Origin: an uncultured Bacteroidales bacterium
GTDB taxonomy: Bacteria; Bacteroidota; Bacteroidia; Bacteroidales; UBA10428
Assembly: GCA_963752195.1 (NCBI GenBank)
Contig: CAVVXI010000004.1
Location: forward strand, 87,979-151,978
Length of the DNA stretch: 64,000 nt
Reading direction: 5' to 3'
The notes under the pieces: model-generated
What the model saw: only the letters and a program-made list of their open reading frames with translations
Database searches by the model: none
Told to the model about the DNA's origin: nothing
Translations under genes and position numbers: made by a program
Shown: in pieces, positions 50,105-60,123 of the stretch
Numbering within the stretch: position 1 is the first letter of the stretch
Layout of the letters: each line of letters opens with the position of its first letter

Positions 50105-50974
50105 ATGGAAACCAATGAATTGCTCAAAAGGGTTCGCAAGATTGAAATAAAGACCAGGGGACTTTCACGGCATATATTTGCCGGCGAATATCACTCGGCT
50201 TTTAAAGGCAGGGGTATGGCTTTCAGCGAGGTGAGAGAATACCAGTACGGAGATGATTTTCGCAGCGTGGACTGGAATGTTACCGCACGCTTTAATCATC
50301 CGTATATTAAGGTTTTTGAGGAAGAACGGGAACTTACGGTGATGCTTCTGCTCGACGTAAGCGGTTCGGGTGAATTCGGTACACAAAGCCGGTATAAAAG
50401 CACTATGATCACCGAAATTGCAGCCTTGCTTTCTTTTTCTGCAATTCAGAACAACGACAAGGTGGGAGTTATCCTTTTTACGGACCATATTGAGCGGTTC
50501 ATTCCTCCGAAGAAGGGACGCCAGCATATTTTAAAAATCATCCGCGAGCTGATTGATTTCAAACCCGCAAGCCGGTTGACAAACATCCGGATTCCGCTCC
50601 GCTACCTGGCGAATGTTATAAAAAAAAGAAGTATTGCATTCCTGATTTCCGACTTTATGGATGATAATTTCGAAGATGCACTGAAAATCGTAAGCAAAAA
50701 ACACGACCTGGTTGGCTTGCGGATCTATGATATCCGCGAAACGGAATTGCCGGATGTGGGGCTTATAAAAGTAAAGGATGCCGAAACAGGAGAATTTACC
50801 TGGATAGATACCGGCAGCCAGCATGTAAGGAATAGCTATAGGGATAATTATAAAAAGAGGCAGTCGGAATTAAACGACTTGCTGATTCGTTCAGGAGTGG
50901 ATTATGTATCTATTGCAGCACATGAAGACTATGTCAAGCCCCTGATGAGGCTTTTTAAGAAAAGGGCAAGATAG
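50105..50974 (+). CDS. DUF58 family vWA-like protein
   Basis: KGRGMAFSEVREYQYGDD, DWNVTAR, EEERE, DVSGS, ISDF. Confidence 0.93.
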   Translation: METNELLKRVRKIEIKTRGLSRHIFAGEYHSAFKGRGMAFSEVREYQYGDDFRSVDWNVTARFNHPYIKVFEEERELTVMLLLDVSGSGEFGTQSRYKSTMITEIAALLSFSAIQNNDKVGVILFTDHIERFIPPKKGRQHILKIIRELIDFKPASRLTNIRIPLRYLANVIKKRSIAFLISDFMDDNFEDALKIVSKKHDLVGLRIYDIRETELPDVGLIKVKDAETGEFTWIDTGSQHVRNSYRDNYKKRQSELNDLLIRSGVDYVSIAAHEDYVKPLMRLFKKRAR

Positions 50975-50999
50975 ATTGGATTGAAAAAGCTTGATGATA

Positions 51000-51998
51000 A
51001 TGTATATTTCTCTAAATATAAAACGCAAAACGGGCTACCTGGTGCTGATGATGCTGGTGTTTTTCAGCGGTTTTTTGCTTGGACAGGAAGTTACTGTCAG
51101 CGCCCGACTGGACAGTGCCAGGGCACTTATAGGCGATCAGCTCACACTCCATCTTCGTGTTGAAAAAACGGCAGGCACCAATGTCGTTTTTCCCTATTTT
51201 GCAGATACAATTACCCGGAAAATTGAGATCATCCGTAAATCACCCATTGACACTGCAGCCGGGCCGGACGGTAAAACGATTCTTAACCAGGAGCTGCGTA
51301 TCACTGTTTTCGATACCGGCTTAATTGAAATACCACCTCAACCCTTTGCTTTCCAAAACGGGCAGCTGAAAGACACTCTTTTTACCCGGCCTGTTTCTTT
51401 TCGGATCATTTCCCTTCCCTTGGATACCACTATCCGGGATATCAAAGCAAATATGAAGGCCCCTGTGAATGCCCAGGAACTATTTCCCTGGTTTCTTGCA
51501 CTGCTGGCATTGGCCCTGCTTGTGATAATGGTTGTATACACCGTGAGAAGAATACGCAGAAAAGAGGGAAAAGCCCCGGTGTACGTGCCTTCTGAACCGG
51601 CAGATGTCATCGCATTGAGACAGTTGGAACAGCTTAGGGTGGAAAAGCCGTGGATACAGAAACCGGTTAAAGTGTATTACATTCATTTAACCGACATCCT
51701 CCGTCATTATATGGAAAGACGATATCATATCATGGCACTGGAACAGACTACAGATGAAATTTTGAAAGATCTGAAGAAAACAGGGTGCACCTCCAATAAC
51801 CTTGAAAAGATTACGTCCATATTAAAGCTGGCCGACTTTGTAAAATTCGCCAAACTCATCCCGGATGAATATGAAAATGGAATGCAGGTGGAAGAAGCGA
51901 TTGATTTTGTGAAAAATACCACGCCTGTAGCGAATGAAAGCGTTCAGGACGGAACAACAAAACAGGATGCCGTACAAAGTAATGTAGAAACGCGATGA
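51000..51998 (+). CDS. Bat-operon membrane protein (BatD-like N-terminus, single TM)
   Basis: Signal peptide, IGDQ Ig-like domain, IRDIK, TM, EQTTDE and ADFVKFAK motifs; start uncertain. Confidence 0.8.
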   Translation: MYISLNIKRKTGYLVLMMLVFFSGFLLGQEVTVSARLDSARALIGDQLTLHLRVEKTAGTNVVFPYFADTITRKIEIIRKSPIDTAAGPDGKTILNQELRITVFDTGLIEIPPQPFAFQNGQLKDTLFTRPVSFRIISLPLDTTIRDIKANMKAPVNAQELFPWFLALLALALLVIMVVYTVRRIRRKEGKAPVYVPSEPADVIALRQLEQLRVEKPWIQKPVKVYYIHLTDILRHYMERRYHIMALEQTTDEILKDLKKTGCTSNNLEKITSILKLADFVKFAKLIPDEYENGMQVEEAIDFVKNTTPVANESVQDGTTKQDAVQSNVETR

Positions 51999-52993
51999 GT
52001 AACATACAATTTGCACATCCGGGTTATTTCTATATGCTGTTGGTGATTCCGGCAGCAGTAATCTGGTATATATACCGGCATAATAAAGTGCAGGGTGATC
52101 TTCAGATCCCTGAGATATCGCCCTTTGTTAAAATACGCAAAGGTCCGAGAGTTATTTTCAGACATGTGCCCTTCGTGTTGCGATTGTTTATTTATGGTTT
52201 TCTCATTGTTGTACTGGCACGTCCCCAGTCAACAAATAAATGGGAAAATGAAACGGTAGAGGGAATCGATATTATGCTCGCCCTTGATGTCTCGAACAGC
52301 ATGCTGGCAGGGGATTTTTCACCCAACCGGATAGAAGCATCCAAAGAAGTGGCGAATGATTTTGTCCTGAGTCGAACCAATGACAGGATCGGACTGGTTC
52401 TTTTCGGCGGCGAAAGTTTTACCCAGTGTCCTCTCACCACCGATCATGCCGTATTGTTGAACCTTCTTCACGGTGTGAATGTAGGGATGATTGAGGATGA
52501 ATCCACAGCCATTGGCCTGGGCCTCGCAAATGCTGTTAAGAGATTAAAAGACAGCAATGCCAGGAGCAGGGTGGTTATTCTGGTTACGGATGGACAAAAC
52601 AATGCCGGATCCATAGACCCGTTAACAGCGGCAGAAATTGCCCGGACCTTCGGGATCAGGGTTTATACGATCGGGGTTGGCACATACGGAACAGCTCCCT
52701 ATCCGTTGAGAAATGTATTTGGTGACCTGGTTTACAGGCAGGTGAAGGTTGAAATCGACGAACCCATGCTGAAGCAGATTGCGGCCATGACAAGAGGAGA
52801 ATATTTCAGGGCAACCAACAATCATAAATTAAAAGAAATATATGCCCAAATTGACAAGTTGGAAAAAACCAAGATCGATGTAAAGAAGTATGCCCGTAAA
52901 CACGAGGAATACCGGCAATTTGCGATTGCAGCGCTGATTTTGCTTGTTCTGGAAATCCTTTTGCGAAACACAGTTTTAAGAACGATCATGTAA
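51995..52993 (+). CDS. batA: BatA vWA domain protein
   Basis: QFAHP, LARPQ, MIDAS DVSNSM, TQCPLTTD, TDGQNN. Confidence 0.92.
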   Translation: MSNIQFAHPGYFYMLLVIPAAVIWYIYRHNKVQGDLQIPEISPFVKIRKGPRVIFRHVPFVLRLFIYGFLIVVLARPQSTNKWENETVEGIDIMLALDVSNSMLAGDFSPNRIEASKEVANDFVLSRTNDRIGLVLFGGESFTQCPLTTDHAVLLNLLHGVNVGMIEDESTAIGLGLANAVKRLKDSNARSRVVILVTDGQNNAGSIDPLTAAEIARTFGIRVYTIGVGTYGTAPYPLRNVFGDLVYRQVKVEIDEPMLKQIAAMTRGEYFRATNNHKLKEIYAQIDKLEKTKIDVKKYARKHEEYRQFAIAALILLVLEILLRNTVLRTIM

Positions 52994-52998
52994 ATACC

Positions 52999-54027
52999 AT
53001 GTTTAGATTTGAACATACAGAATATTTGATGCTTTTGCTGATCATCCCCGGTCTGGCAGCAGTATTCTTATATCAGTTCTTTAAAAGAAAACGCGATTTA
53101 CGGAAGATCGGTGATCCCCGGTTAATCAACACCCTGATGCCTGAATATTCGCAATTCCGGCGAGGCGTAAAAGCTGTGCTTATCCTTGCAGCTCTTGCGT
53201 TAGTCATTCTTGCCATTGCCGAACCGCAATTTGGCTCCAAACTGACAAAGGTAAAGCATGAGGGTATCGAGATTATTGTAGCCCTGGATGTATCCAACAG
53301 TATGATGGCAGAAGACATCAGCCCAAACAGGCTTGAGCGGGCTAAACAGGAATTGACGAAATTAATGGATAAATTGCAGAATGACCGGTTTGGTTTAATC
53401 GTATTTGCGGGGGATGCCTATACCCAGATTCCAATTACCAACGATTACCTGTCAGCCAAAATGTTTCTGGCAGGCATAAATACAAACATGGTTTCGCGAC
53501 AGGGAACCGACATAAGTTCTGCGATTGAGCTGGGAATTAAGTCGTTCGGTTCAACCTCAAAGGCAAGCAAAGCGATAATCATCATCAGCGATGGAGAGGA
53601 TCACGAAGGGGATGTTCAAGCTGCCTGTAAAAAAGCGGTTGACAACGGGATTAAAGTTTTTACCATTGGAATGGGATTGCCCCAGGGTGCGAGAATTCCG
53701 TTGAAAGAAGATTCATACAACCAGGATTTCCGGAGAGATAAGGATGGAAATTTTGTTATAACCCGGTTAAATGAACAAATGCTGAGCGATATTGCACAGT
53801 ACGGCGGAGGCAATTATTACAGGGCAAATTCTCCAGGCATGGGCCTGAACAGTATGCTTGCCCAGCTCAGAAAACTGGATAAAACAGAAATGGAGTCGAA
53901 GATTTACAGTGAATACGAGGAACAATTCCCGGTATTTATCTGGATTGCTTTCGGAATCCTGCTTCTCGACTTTATCTTATTATCCAGAAAAAACAAGTGG
54001 TTAAGTAAAATTAAGTTGTTTTCGTAA
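52999..54027 (+). CDS. batB: BatB vWA domain protein
   Basis: PQFG, DVSNSM.AED..PNRLERAK, SDGEDHEG. Confidence 0.92.
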   Translation: MFRFEHTEYLMLLLIIPGLAAVFLYQFFKRKRDLRKIGDPRLINTLMPEYSQFRRGVKAVLILAALALVILAIAEPQFGSKLTKVKHEGIEIIVALDVSNSMMAEDISPNRLERAKQELTKLMDKLQNDRFGLIVFAGDAYTQIPITNDYLSAKMFLAGINTNMVSRQGTDISSAIELGIKSFGSTSKASKAIIIISDGEDHEGDVQAACKKAVDNGIKVFTIGMGLPQGARIPLKEDSYNQDFRRDKDGNFVITRLNEQMLSDIAQYGGGNYYRANSPGMGLNSMLAQLRKLDKTEMESKIYSEYEEQFPVFIWIAFGILLLDFILLSRKNKWLSKIKLFS

Positions 54028-54039
54028 CAAAGGTCGACT

Positions 54040-54768
54040 ATGAAATGGATTGCGACAGTCATACTGACACTATTTGCACTGAATGTTTTTTCGCAGGCGG
54101 AAAGAAAATTTGTGCGCCGTGGAAACAGGCTGTATGAAGATAAAAAATTCCAGGAAGCAGACATTCAGTACAGAAAGGCACTTGAGAAATCACCCGGTTC
54201 GACCGCAGCCGATTTTAACCTTGGAAATGCACTTTACAGGCAGAATCAATTTGATGCAGCTTCTCAGCGTTACAGGGAATTATCAGGGAAACAAAAGGAG
54301 GCCGCGACAATTAACAACGATTACTATAACCTCGGGAATGCCTTATATAAATCGGGCAAATATGAAGAATCCATAGATGCATATAAAAATGCTCTTCGTA
54401 AAATGCCCGGGGATATGGATGCCAAACATAATCTGCAGCTTGCAATGAAAAAGCTTGAAATGCAAAAACAACAGAAAAAGCAGGACAATAACCAGGATAA
54501 AAAGGACAATAAAAAGGACAATAAACAGGACAATAAGCAGGACAATAAGAAAGAGGATAAGCAACAGCAGAACCAGGATAATCAGAATCAATCGCCTGAC
54601 AATAAAAAAGATCAGCAGAAAAACCAGCAAAATATAAAAGGTCAGATCTCCCCGAAGGATGCAGAACGTATTCTTCAGGCACTTGAGAATGAAGAGAAAA
54701 ACGTCCTTAAAAAAGTTCAGGAACAACAAAAACAGCAAAAGAAAATACCGGTGGATAAGAACTGGTAA
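54040..54768 (+). CDS. batC: BatC TPR protein
   Basis: TPRs, Q/K/D/N-rich linker, AERILQAL...E, C-terminal KNW. Confidence 0.9.
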   Translation: MKWIATVILTLFALNVFSQAERKFVRRGNRLYEDKKFQEADIQYRKALEKSPGSTAADFNLGNALYRQNQFDAASQRYRELSGKQKEAATINNDYYNLGNALYKSGKYEESIDAYKNALRKMPGDMDAKHNLQLAMKKLEMQKQQKKQDNNQDKKDNKKDNKQDNKQDNKKEDKQQQNQDNQNQSPDNKKDQQKNQQNIKGQISPKDAERILQALENEEKNVLKKVQEQQKQQKKIPVDKNW

Positions 54769-54789
54769 CAGACTAACAGCTCAAAAATA

Positions 54790-56607
54790 ATGAAGCGTTT
54801 CCTATTAATAATAACAATTTTCTCATTCCTGCAGGGTTGCCTGTCAGCCCAGGAATCAAAGTTAACTGCTTCCGTATCCCCTTCTGTAATGAGGGTAGGA
54901 GACCAGTTTAACCTCACGTTTACATCTGACCAGGAAGTATCGGAATTGGAGATACCCCCCGTTGACAATATAGAAATCGTTGGCGGACCAAGGCAAGGGC
55001 ATAGCCAGAGTGTTTATTCGGTCAACGGCAAAGTCACCTCCTCCTCCACATATCAATATACCTATTTTTTGAAAGCACTGAAGGAAGGGAAATTTTCAAT
55101 ACCATCTGTTACTGCTCACATTAAGGACAAACCTGTGCGATCAAACCCGGTTACAATTGAAGTTCTGGCTGCCAACAGCCAACCGGCCAAATCAAGCCAG
55201 GACGCTTCTGAACCGGCACAGACCCATGACGGATCAGTGAGTGATAAAGATTTGTTTGTCAACCTGTTGGTTGACAAAAAAGAAGTATACCTGGGCGAGC
55301 AAATCACCGCTACAGTTAAAATATACACCAAGGTAAACCTGTCAGGCGTTGATCCTAATTTCAAAGGTCCCGATTTTACAGGCTTTTTTACGGAACCCCT
55401 CACGGTTCCCCAGTTAAGGAACCTGCAAAGCGAGTCGTACAACGGGGATATATATGGTACGGGTGTGTTGAGAAAGACAATTATCATACCGCAAAAAACC
55501 GGTCCTATTGAAATTAAGTCATTTGATCTTGACGTAACGATGCGCCAGCAGGTGCGAAGAAGGATTGCCGATCCGTTTTTTGATGATTTTGACTTTCCCG
55601 ATGTGCAGGAAATACCTGTCAAATTAAGGAGCAGGGAGGTTACGGTTCAGGTTAAATCATTGCCTGACAATGCTCCTGCATCTTTTGGCGGTGCCGTTGG
55701 TAATTTTACATTCAGCTCATCACTGAATAAAACATCCACCCGTACCAATGAACCCATAACATTAAAACTTACCATTTCGGGACGAGGAAACATAAAGCTC
55801 ATCAATGAACCGCAATTTGAATTGCCGGGCGATCTTGAAAAATTTGATCCGGTAATTAATTCCCGCCTTGACAATTCCCCTTCCGGTACAAAGACTTTTG
55901 AATACCTTATAATGCCCAAGGCACCGGGAACATTCACAATTCCTTCGGTTGAATTTTCGTATTTCGACCCTTCTTCAAAAAAGTACAAAATAATTAAATC
56001 ACAGGAGTTTACGGTTACGGTTGAAAAGGGGAAGGGTGATGCGGCGGCAGAATTAGCGCCGGGTATTACAAAAGAGGATATAAAATTACTCAATCAGGAT
56101 ATACGGTTTATCCGGAATAAGCCCATTCCTTTGCAGGTTAATAAATCATTCTGGGCCGATTCGGTTTGGTATTACCTGTCTTACCTTTTGCTCATTGTCC
56201 TGTTTGTTTTAATTGCCCGGAGCCGTAGAAAACAGATCCGCAATAAATCCGATGTTGCCCTCATGCGTTTAAGAAAGGCGGACCGGTATGCGAGGAAGAG
56301 GCTGACCAAAAGTGCGGAATTGCTGAAACAAGGGGAAACAAACCGATTCTATGAAGAATTACTGGGCGCTGTATGGGGCTATTTGAGCGATAAGCTCAAT
56401 ATTCCGTTGTCCGCCTTATCGCGTGAAACCGCCCGTACTGCCCTTCAGGCCAGGTCAACGGATGAAAGTCTGATGGACGGATTATTCAAAATTATTGATG
56501 AATGCGAAGTTGCAAGATATGGCCAGGTATCGGAATACCAGGGAATGGAAAAACTTTACCGCGATACGCTGAATGTTATTACCATGCTACAACAGAAGTT
56601 GAAATAG
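54790..56607 (+). CDS. batD: BatD protein
   Basis: GP.Q...YSVNG, YLGEQ, F.GAVG.F, C-terminal TM, CE.ARY. Confidence 0.9.
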   Translation: MKRFLLIITIFSFLQGCLSAQESKLTASVSPSVMRVGDQFNLTFTSDQEVSELEIPPVDNIEIVGGPRQGHSQSVYSVNGKVTSSSTYQYTYFLKALKEGKFSIPSVTAHIKDKPVRSNPVTIEVLAANSQPAKSSQDASEPAQTHDGSVSDKDLFVNLLVDKKEVYLGEQITATVKIYTKVNLSGVDPNFKGPDFTGFFTEPLTVPQLRNLQSESYNGDIYGTGVLRKTIIIPQKTGPIEIKSFDLDVTMRQQVRRRIADPFFDDFDFPDVQEIPVKLRSREVTVQVKSLPDNAPASFGGAVGNFTFSSSLNKTSTRTNEPITLKLTISGRGNIKLINEPQFELPGDLEKFDPVINSRLDNSPSGTKTFEYLIMPKAPGTFTIPSVEFSYFDPSSKKYKIIKSQEFTVTVEKGKGDAAAELAPGITKEDIKLLNQDIRFIRNKPIPLQVNKSFWADSVWYYLSYLLLIVLFVLIARSRRKQIRNKSDVALMRLRKADRYARKRLTKSAELLKQGETNRFYEELLGAVWGYLSDKLNIPLSALSRETARTALQARSTDESLMDGLFKIIDECEVARYGQVSEYQGMEKLYRDTLNVITMLQQKLK

Positions 56608-56623
56608 TTAAAATCTATTCATC

Positions 56624-57415
56624 ATGAATAACGACAAACGGAAAATTATCCGGATTTACATATGTCTACTTTTAATTTCTTTTACGGGCGTCAGTGCCTG
56701 GAGTGCGGAAATTCCCGCCCGTGCAGATTCGCTGGTTCTGGAAGGCAACAGGCATTACATGAACAGGGAATATGACAGGGCCGTTGATTGTTATACCCGG
56801 GTATTGGATATGGGTTACAGCGCATCGTCGTTATATTTTAACCTGGGAAATGCTTTTTATAAGCAGAATAACTTTCCCAAAGCTATTTTATATTATGAAA
56901 AAGCACGGATTCTGGACCCTACAGATGAGGATATCAGGCAAAACCTGGCCATAGCCAATTCGAAAATAGTGGATAAGATTGAAAATATGCCCGAATTCTT
57001 TTTAAAGCGATGGTTCAATGGCTTATCGGTGTTCCTTTCTCCGGATCAATGGGCACTGGCCAGCCTCGTCATATTTGCCCTGTCGCTGGTGTCTTTTTTT
57101 ATCTATATGTTTACCAATAACTTCGGCTTAAAAAAAATCGGATTTATCGCCGGTGTCCTACTGGTTTCACTTTCATTAACCGGGATATTGTTCATGCATA
57201 AAAGAAAACAATTGATCCGGCACGGTAATGGCGCTATAATAATGGCTCCTGTGGTGAATGTAAAAAGTTCACCCGATGAGCAGGGAACATCAGTGTTTGT
57301 ATTGCATGAAGGAACGCGGGTGGTATTAATCGACAGCGTGCAGCAGTGGAAAGAGGTCAGGATCCCCGATGGCAATAAAGGCTGGATTGAGGATCGCGAC
57401 CTGGCGAGAATATAG
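56624..57415 (+). CDS. batE: BatE TPR-SH3 protein
   Basis: YFNLGNA, AILYYEKA, two TM segments, SH3b LHEGT.V...GNKGW. Confidence 0.9.
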   Translation: MNNDKRKIIRIYICLLLISFTGVSAWSAEIPARADSLVLEGNRHYMNREYDRAVDCYTRVLDMGYSASSLYFNLGNAFYKQNNFPKAILYYEKARILDPTDEDIRQNLAIANSKIVDKIENMPEFFLKRWFNGLSVFLSPDQWALASLVIFALSLVSFFIYMFTNNFGLKKIGFIAGVLLVSLSLTGILFMHKRKQLIRHGNGAIIMAPVVNVKSSPDEQGTSVFVLHEGTRVVLIDSVQQWKEVRIPDGNKGWIEDRDLARI

Positions 57416-57498
57416 TGACAAGTGACGGGTGACAAGTGACGGGTCAGGGGGATTTTGAATGAGTCTGAAGGACCTGACAGAGTCCGAAGGACCCTGTC
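57414..57498. repeat. Heptamer array at the batE stop plus duplicated GAA-loop hairpins
   Basis: AGTGACA AGTGACG GGTGACA AGTGACG (57414-57441); 57421-57441 is identical to 801-821; GAGTCYGAAGGACC at 57461 and 57480. Confidence 0.88.
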
Positions 57499-57522
57499 GG
57501 TGTCGGATAAAAACGATTCCTG

Positions 57523-58326
57523 CTAAGGAAGGGAGTGTTGCGCCACATTTTCAATATCCCTGAAATACTTTACAGTTTCTACCTGCAATTCCATGGTTGA
57601 GGGTTCATCACAAACAATGATGGCTTTCTGATGCAATTGCAGCATGGAAACTGTCCACATATGGCTGACCCCGCCTTCGACCACTTCGCGTAAGGCACGT
57701 GCCTTGTTATAGCCGGTGACAATAATAACTACTTCCCTCGCGTCCATTACAGTTCCGACACCAACTGTCAGGGCCATCGTTGGAACTTTTTTCAGATCCC
57801 CGTCGAAGAAGCGCGAGTTTGCAAGAATAGTATCATAGCTTAATGTCTTGATCCTCGTACGCGATGTAAGGGATGATCCCGGTTCATTAAATGCGATGTG
57901 TCCATCCGGTCCCATTCCGCCAAGAAATAATTCCACCCCGCCATAGCGGTTTATTTTCTTTTCATAATCATGACACTCTTTTTCGAGATCAGCGGCATTT
58001 CCATTGAGAATATGAATGTTCTTGCGCGGAATATCCACATGACTGAACAGATGGCTGAACATAAAGGAATGATAACTTTCCGGATGCTCCTCTGGAATAC
58101 CGACATATTCGTCCATGTTAAATGTTACTACATTTTTCATGGAATATTCTCCGTCTTTATGCCTGCCGACCAATTCTTTATAGGTTTCAACAGGGGAGGA
58201 GCCGGTGGGAAGTCCAAGAACAAAAGGCTTATCTGCTGTGGGCTTCGCCCTGTTGATCCTGTCGATTATATAACCGGCTACCCATTGGCCTACCTCAGTT
58301 CCGTCTTTCTTGATTATAATTCGCAT
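57523..58326 (-). CDS. nagB: Glucosamine-6-phosphate deaminase
   Basis: [33 protein letters not shown]. Confidence 0.96.
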   Translation of the reverse strand: MRIIIKKDGTEVGQWVAGYIIDRINRAKPTADKPFVLGLPTGSSPVETYKELVGRHKDGEYSMKNVVTFNMDEYVGIPEEHPESYHSFMFSHLFSHVDIPRKNIHILNGNAADLEKECHDYEKKINRYGGVELFLGGMGPDGHIAFNEPGSSLTSRTRIKTLSYDTILANSRFFDGDLKKVPTMALTVGVGTVMDAREVVIIVTGYNKARALREVVEGGVSHMWTVSMLQLHQKAIIVCDEPSTMELQVETVKYFRDIENVAQHSLP

Positions 58327-58453
58327 ACGAATTGTTAATTGCAATATACAATAATAAAGAATTTTCAAATAAGAAGCAGCAGGTCGTATGGAATTGAGGT
58401 ATTCTTTTTTTATTACTTTTGATTAGTTAAGTGTTAAGTAAGGATACTACATC

Positions 58454-59146
58454 ATGGGAATTGCGGAAAATCTGGTCAGATTAAAGAGTGAGTTAGCTCC
58501 AAAGGTTAAAATCATTGCTGTTTCCAAGACAATGCCTGTATCGGCCATACAGGAGGCTTATAACACCGGACAACGTGATTTCGGGGAAAACAAGGTGCAG
58601 GAGATGACGGATAAACAAGGCCGGTTGCCGGGGGATATTAACTGGCATATGATCGGTCATCTGCAAACAAACAAAGTAAAACAGATCATTCCTTTCGTTC
58701 ATATGGTTCATTCAGTGGACAGCATGAAGCTTCTTTCTGTGATCAACCGTGAAGCGGCGAAGGCGGAGCGTCATATCAATTGTCTTTTGCAGATATTCAT
58801 TGCAAGCGAGGAAACTAAATTCGGGTTAAGCCATGAGGAGGCAAAAGACATACTTTGTTCCGATGAATACCGGTCTTTCAGAAATATTCAAATTGCAGGC
58901 CTTATGGGAATGGCTACCAATACTGATAACAAGGACACGATCCGGCAGGAGTTTAAACAGCTTGCCTCCGTTTTTTCGGAATTCCGGTCCGCTTTTTTCC
59001 CGGGTGACCCTGCATTCAGGGAATTATCCATGGGAATGTCGGGTGATTATGCGATTGCTGTGGATTCGGGTTCTACGATGGTAAGGATTGGCAGCCTCAT
59101 ATTTGGAGAACGGAATTATTTCGATAAAAAAAGTAAACATGATTAA
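58454..59146 (+). CDS. yggS: PLP homeostasis protein (YggS family)
   Basis: AVSKT, FGENKVQE, WHMIGHLQTNK, LSMGMSGD, VRIGS.IFG. Confidence 0.95.
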   Translation: MGIAENLVRLKSELAPKVKIIAVSKTMPVSAIQEAYNTGQRDFGENKVQEMTDKQGRLPGDINWHMIGHLQTNKVKQIIPFVHMVHSVDSMKLLSVINREAAKAERHINCLLQIFIASEETKFGLSHEEAKDILCSDEYRSFRNIQIAGLMGMATNTDNKDTIRQEFKQLASVFSEFRSAFFPGDPAFRELSMGMSGDYAIAVDSGSTMVRIGSLIFGERNYFDKKSKHD

Positions 59147-60116
59147 TCTTAGTACAAATTACCTGGGACTTTCCCTTGTCAGTCCGCTAATTGTAAGTAG
59201 TTGCGGATTAACTGCTTCTGTAGAAAAGATCAAAAGGTTTGAAGAGTTGGGAGCCGGAGCCGTGGTTCTTAAGTCCCTGTTCGAGGAACAAATAAGGCAT
59301 GAGGCCGGTTCTCAAATCCAGAATGGTGATTATCCCGAAGCTTATGATTATATTTCCCGGTATGTGAAAAGCAATTCTCTTGAAGAATATATCCGACTAA
59401 TTGAATCGGCTAAAAAAGCAGTGAAAATTCCAATCATTGCCAGTCTGAATTGCATATCCGCATCAGAATGGATTTCCTTTGCCAAAAGCATTGAATCCGC
59501 CGGTGCCGATGCCCTTGAACTGAATGTTTATTTCCTGGCTTCGGAAAAAGATGTAGCGGCAGAAACAATTGAAAGCCTTTACTATGAATTGCTTCAAAAA
59601 ATCAGGGAGGTGGTTAATATTCCCCTGTCAGTTAAGATAGGATACCAGTTTTCAAACCTGGCGTCCACCGTGAATAACCTGTACCTGCGGGGGGCAAAAG
59701 GGGTAGTGCTTTTTAACCGCTTTTATGAACCCGACCTGGATATTGAAGCCATGAAAATTGTACCTTCCGAGGTGTTAAGTTCTCCCGCAGATATCCGGCA
59801 ATCCCTTCGATGGGTAGGAATTTTGTCAGATAAGGTGGAGAGAATTGACATTGCCGCATCCACGGGAATTCATGACGGCAAGGCGGTCGTTAAACAAATC
59901 CTGGCCGGGGCAAAAGCGGTTCAGGTTTGTTCTGTTCTTTATAAGCAGGGTGAAAAACAGATAGCGGTAATACTCGATGACCTTAAATTATGGATGACAA
60001 GGAAAAATTATAATTCGATAGACGAGTTCCGGGGGAAATTAAACTACAGTCACATTGCCGATCCTGCAACGTATGAACGATCGCAATTCATGAGGTATTT
60101 CTCCGACTTCCAATAA
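59139..60116 (+). CDS. Dihydroorotate dehydrogenase-like flavoprotein
   Basis: GAGAVVLKSLFEEQI, DALELN, VLFNRFY.PD, TGIHDG, ERSQFM; the SCP catalytic motif is absent (LELNVYF). Confidence 0.88.
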   Translation: MINLSTNYLGLSLVSPLIVSSCGLTASVEKIKRFEELGAGAVVLKSLFEEQIRHEAGSQIQNGDYPEAYDYISRYVKSNSLEEYIRLIESAKKAVKIPIIASLNCISASEWISFAKSIESAGADALELNVYFLASEKDVAAETIESLYYELLQKIREVVNIPLSVKIGYQFSNLASTVNNLYLRGAKGVVLFNRFYEPDLDIEAMKIVPSEVLSSPADIRQSLRWVGILSDKVERIDIAASTGIHDGKAVVKQILAGAKAVQVCSVLYKQGEKQIAVILDDLKLWMTRKNYNSIDEFRGKLNYSHIADPATYERSQFMRYFSDFQ

Positions 60117-60123
60117 AGGGGAT

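Noticed and set aside
54481..54600. 12-bp (C/A)AGGACAATAA(A/G) repeats in batC
   Set aside because: In-frame low-complexity Q/K/D/N linker expected in BatC; the period is a multiple of 3 and unrelated to the intergenic arrays
59139..60116. DHOD-like protein lacking the catalytic Cys
   Set aside because: This is a normal feature of the known DHOD-like subfamily, not a local lesion
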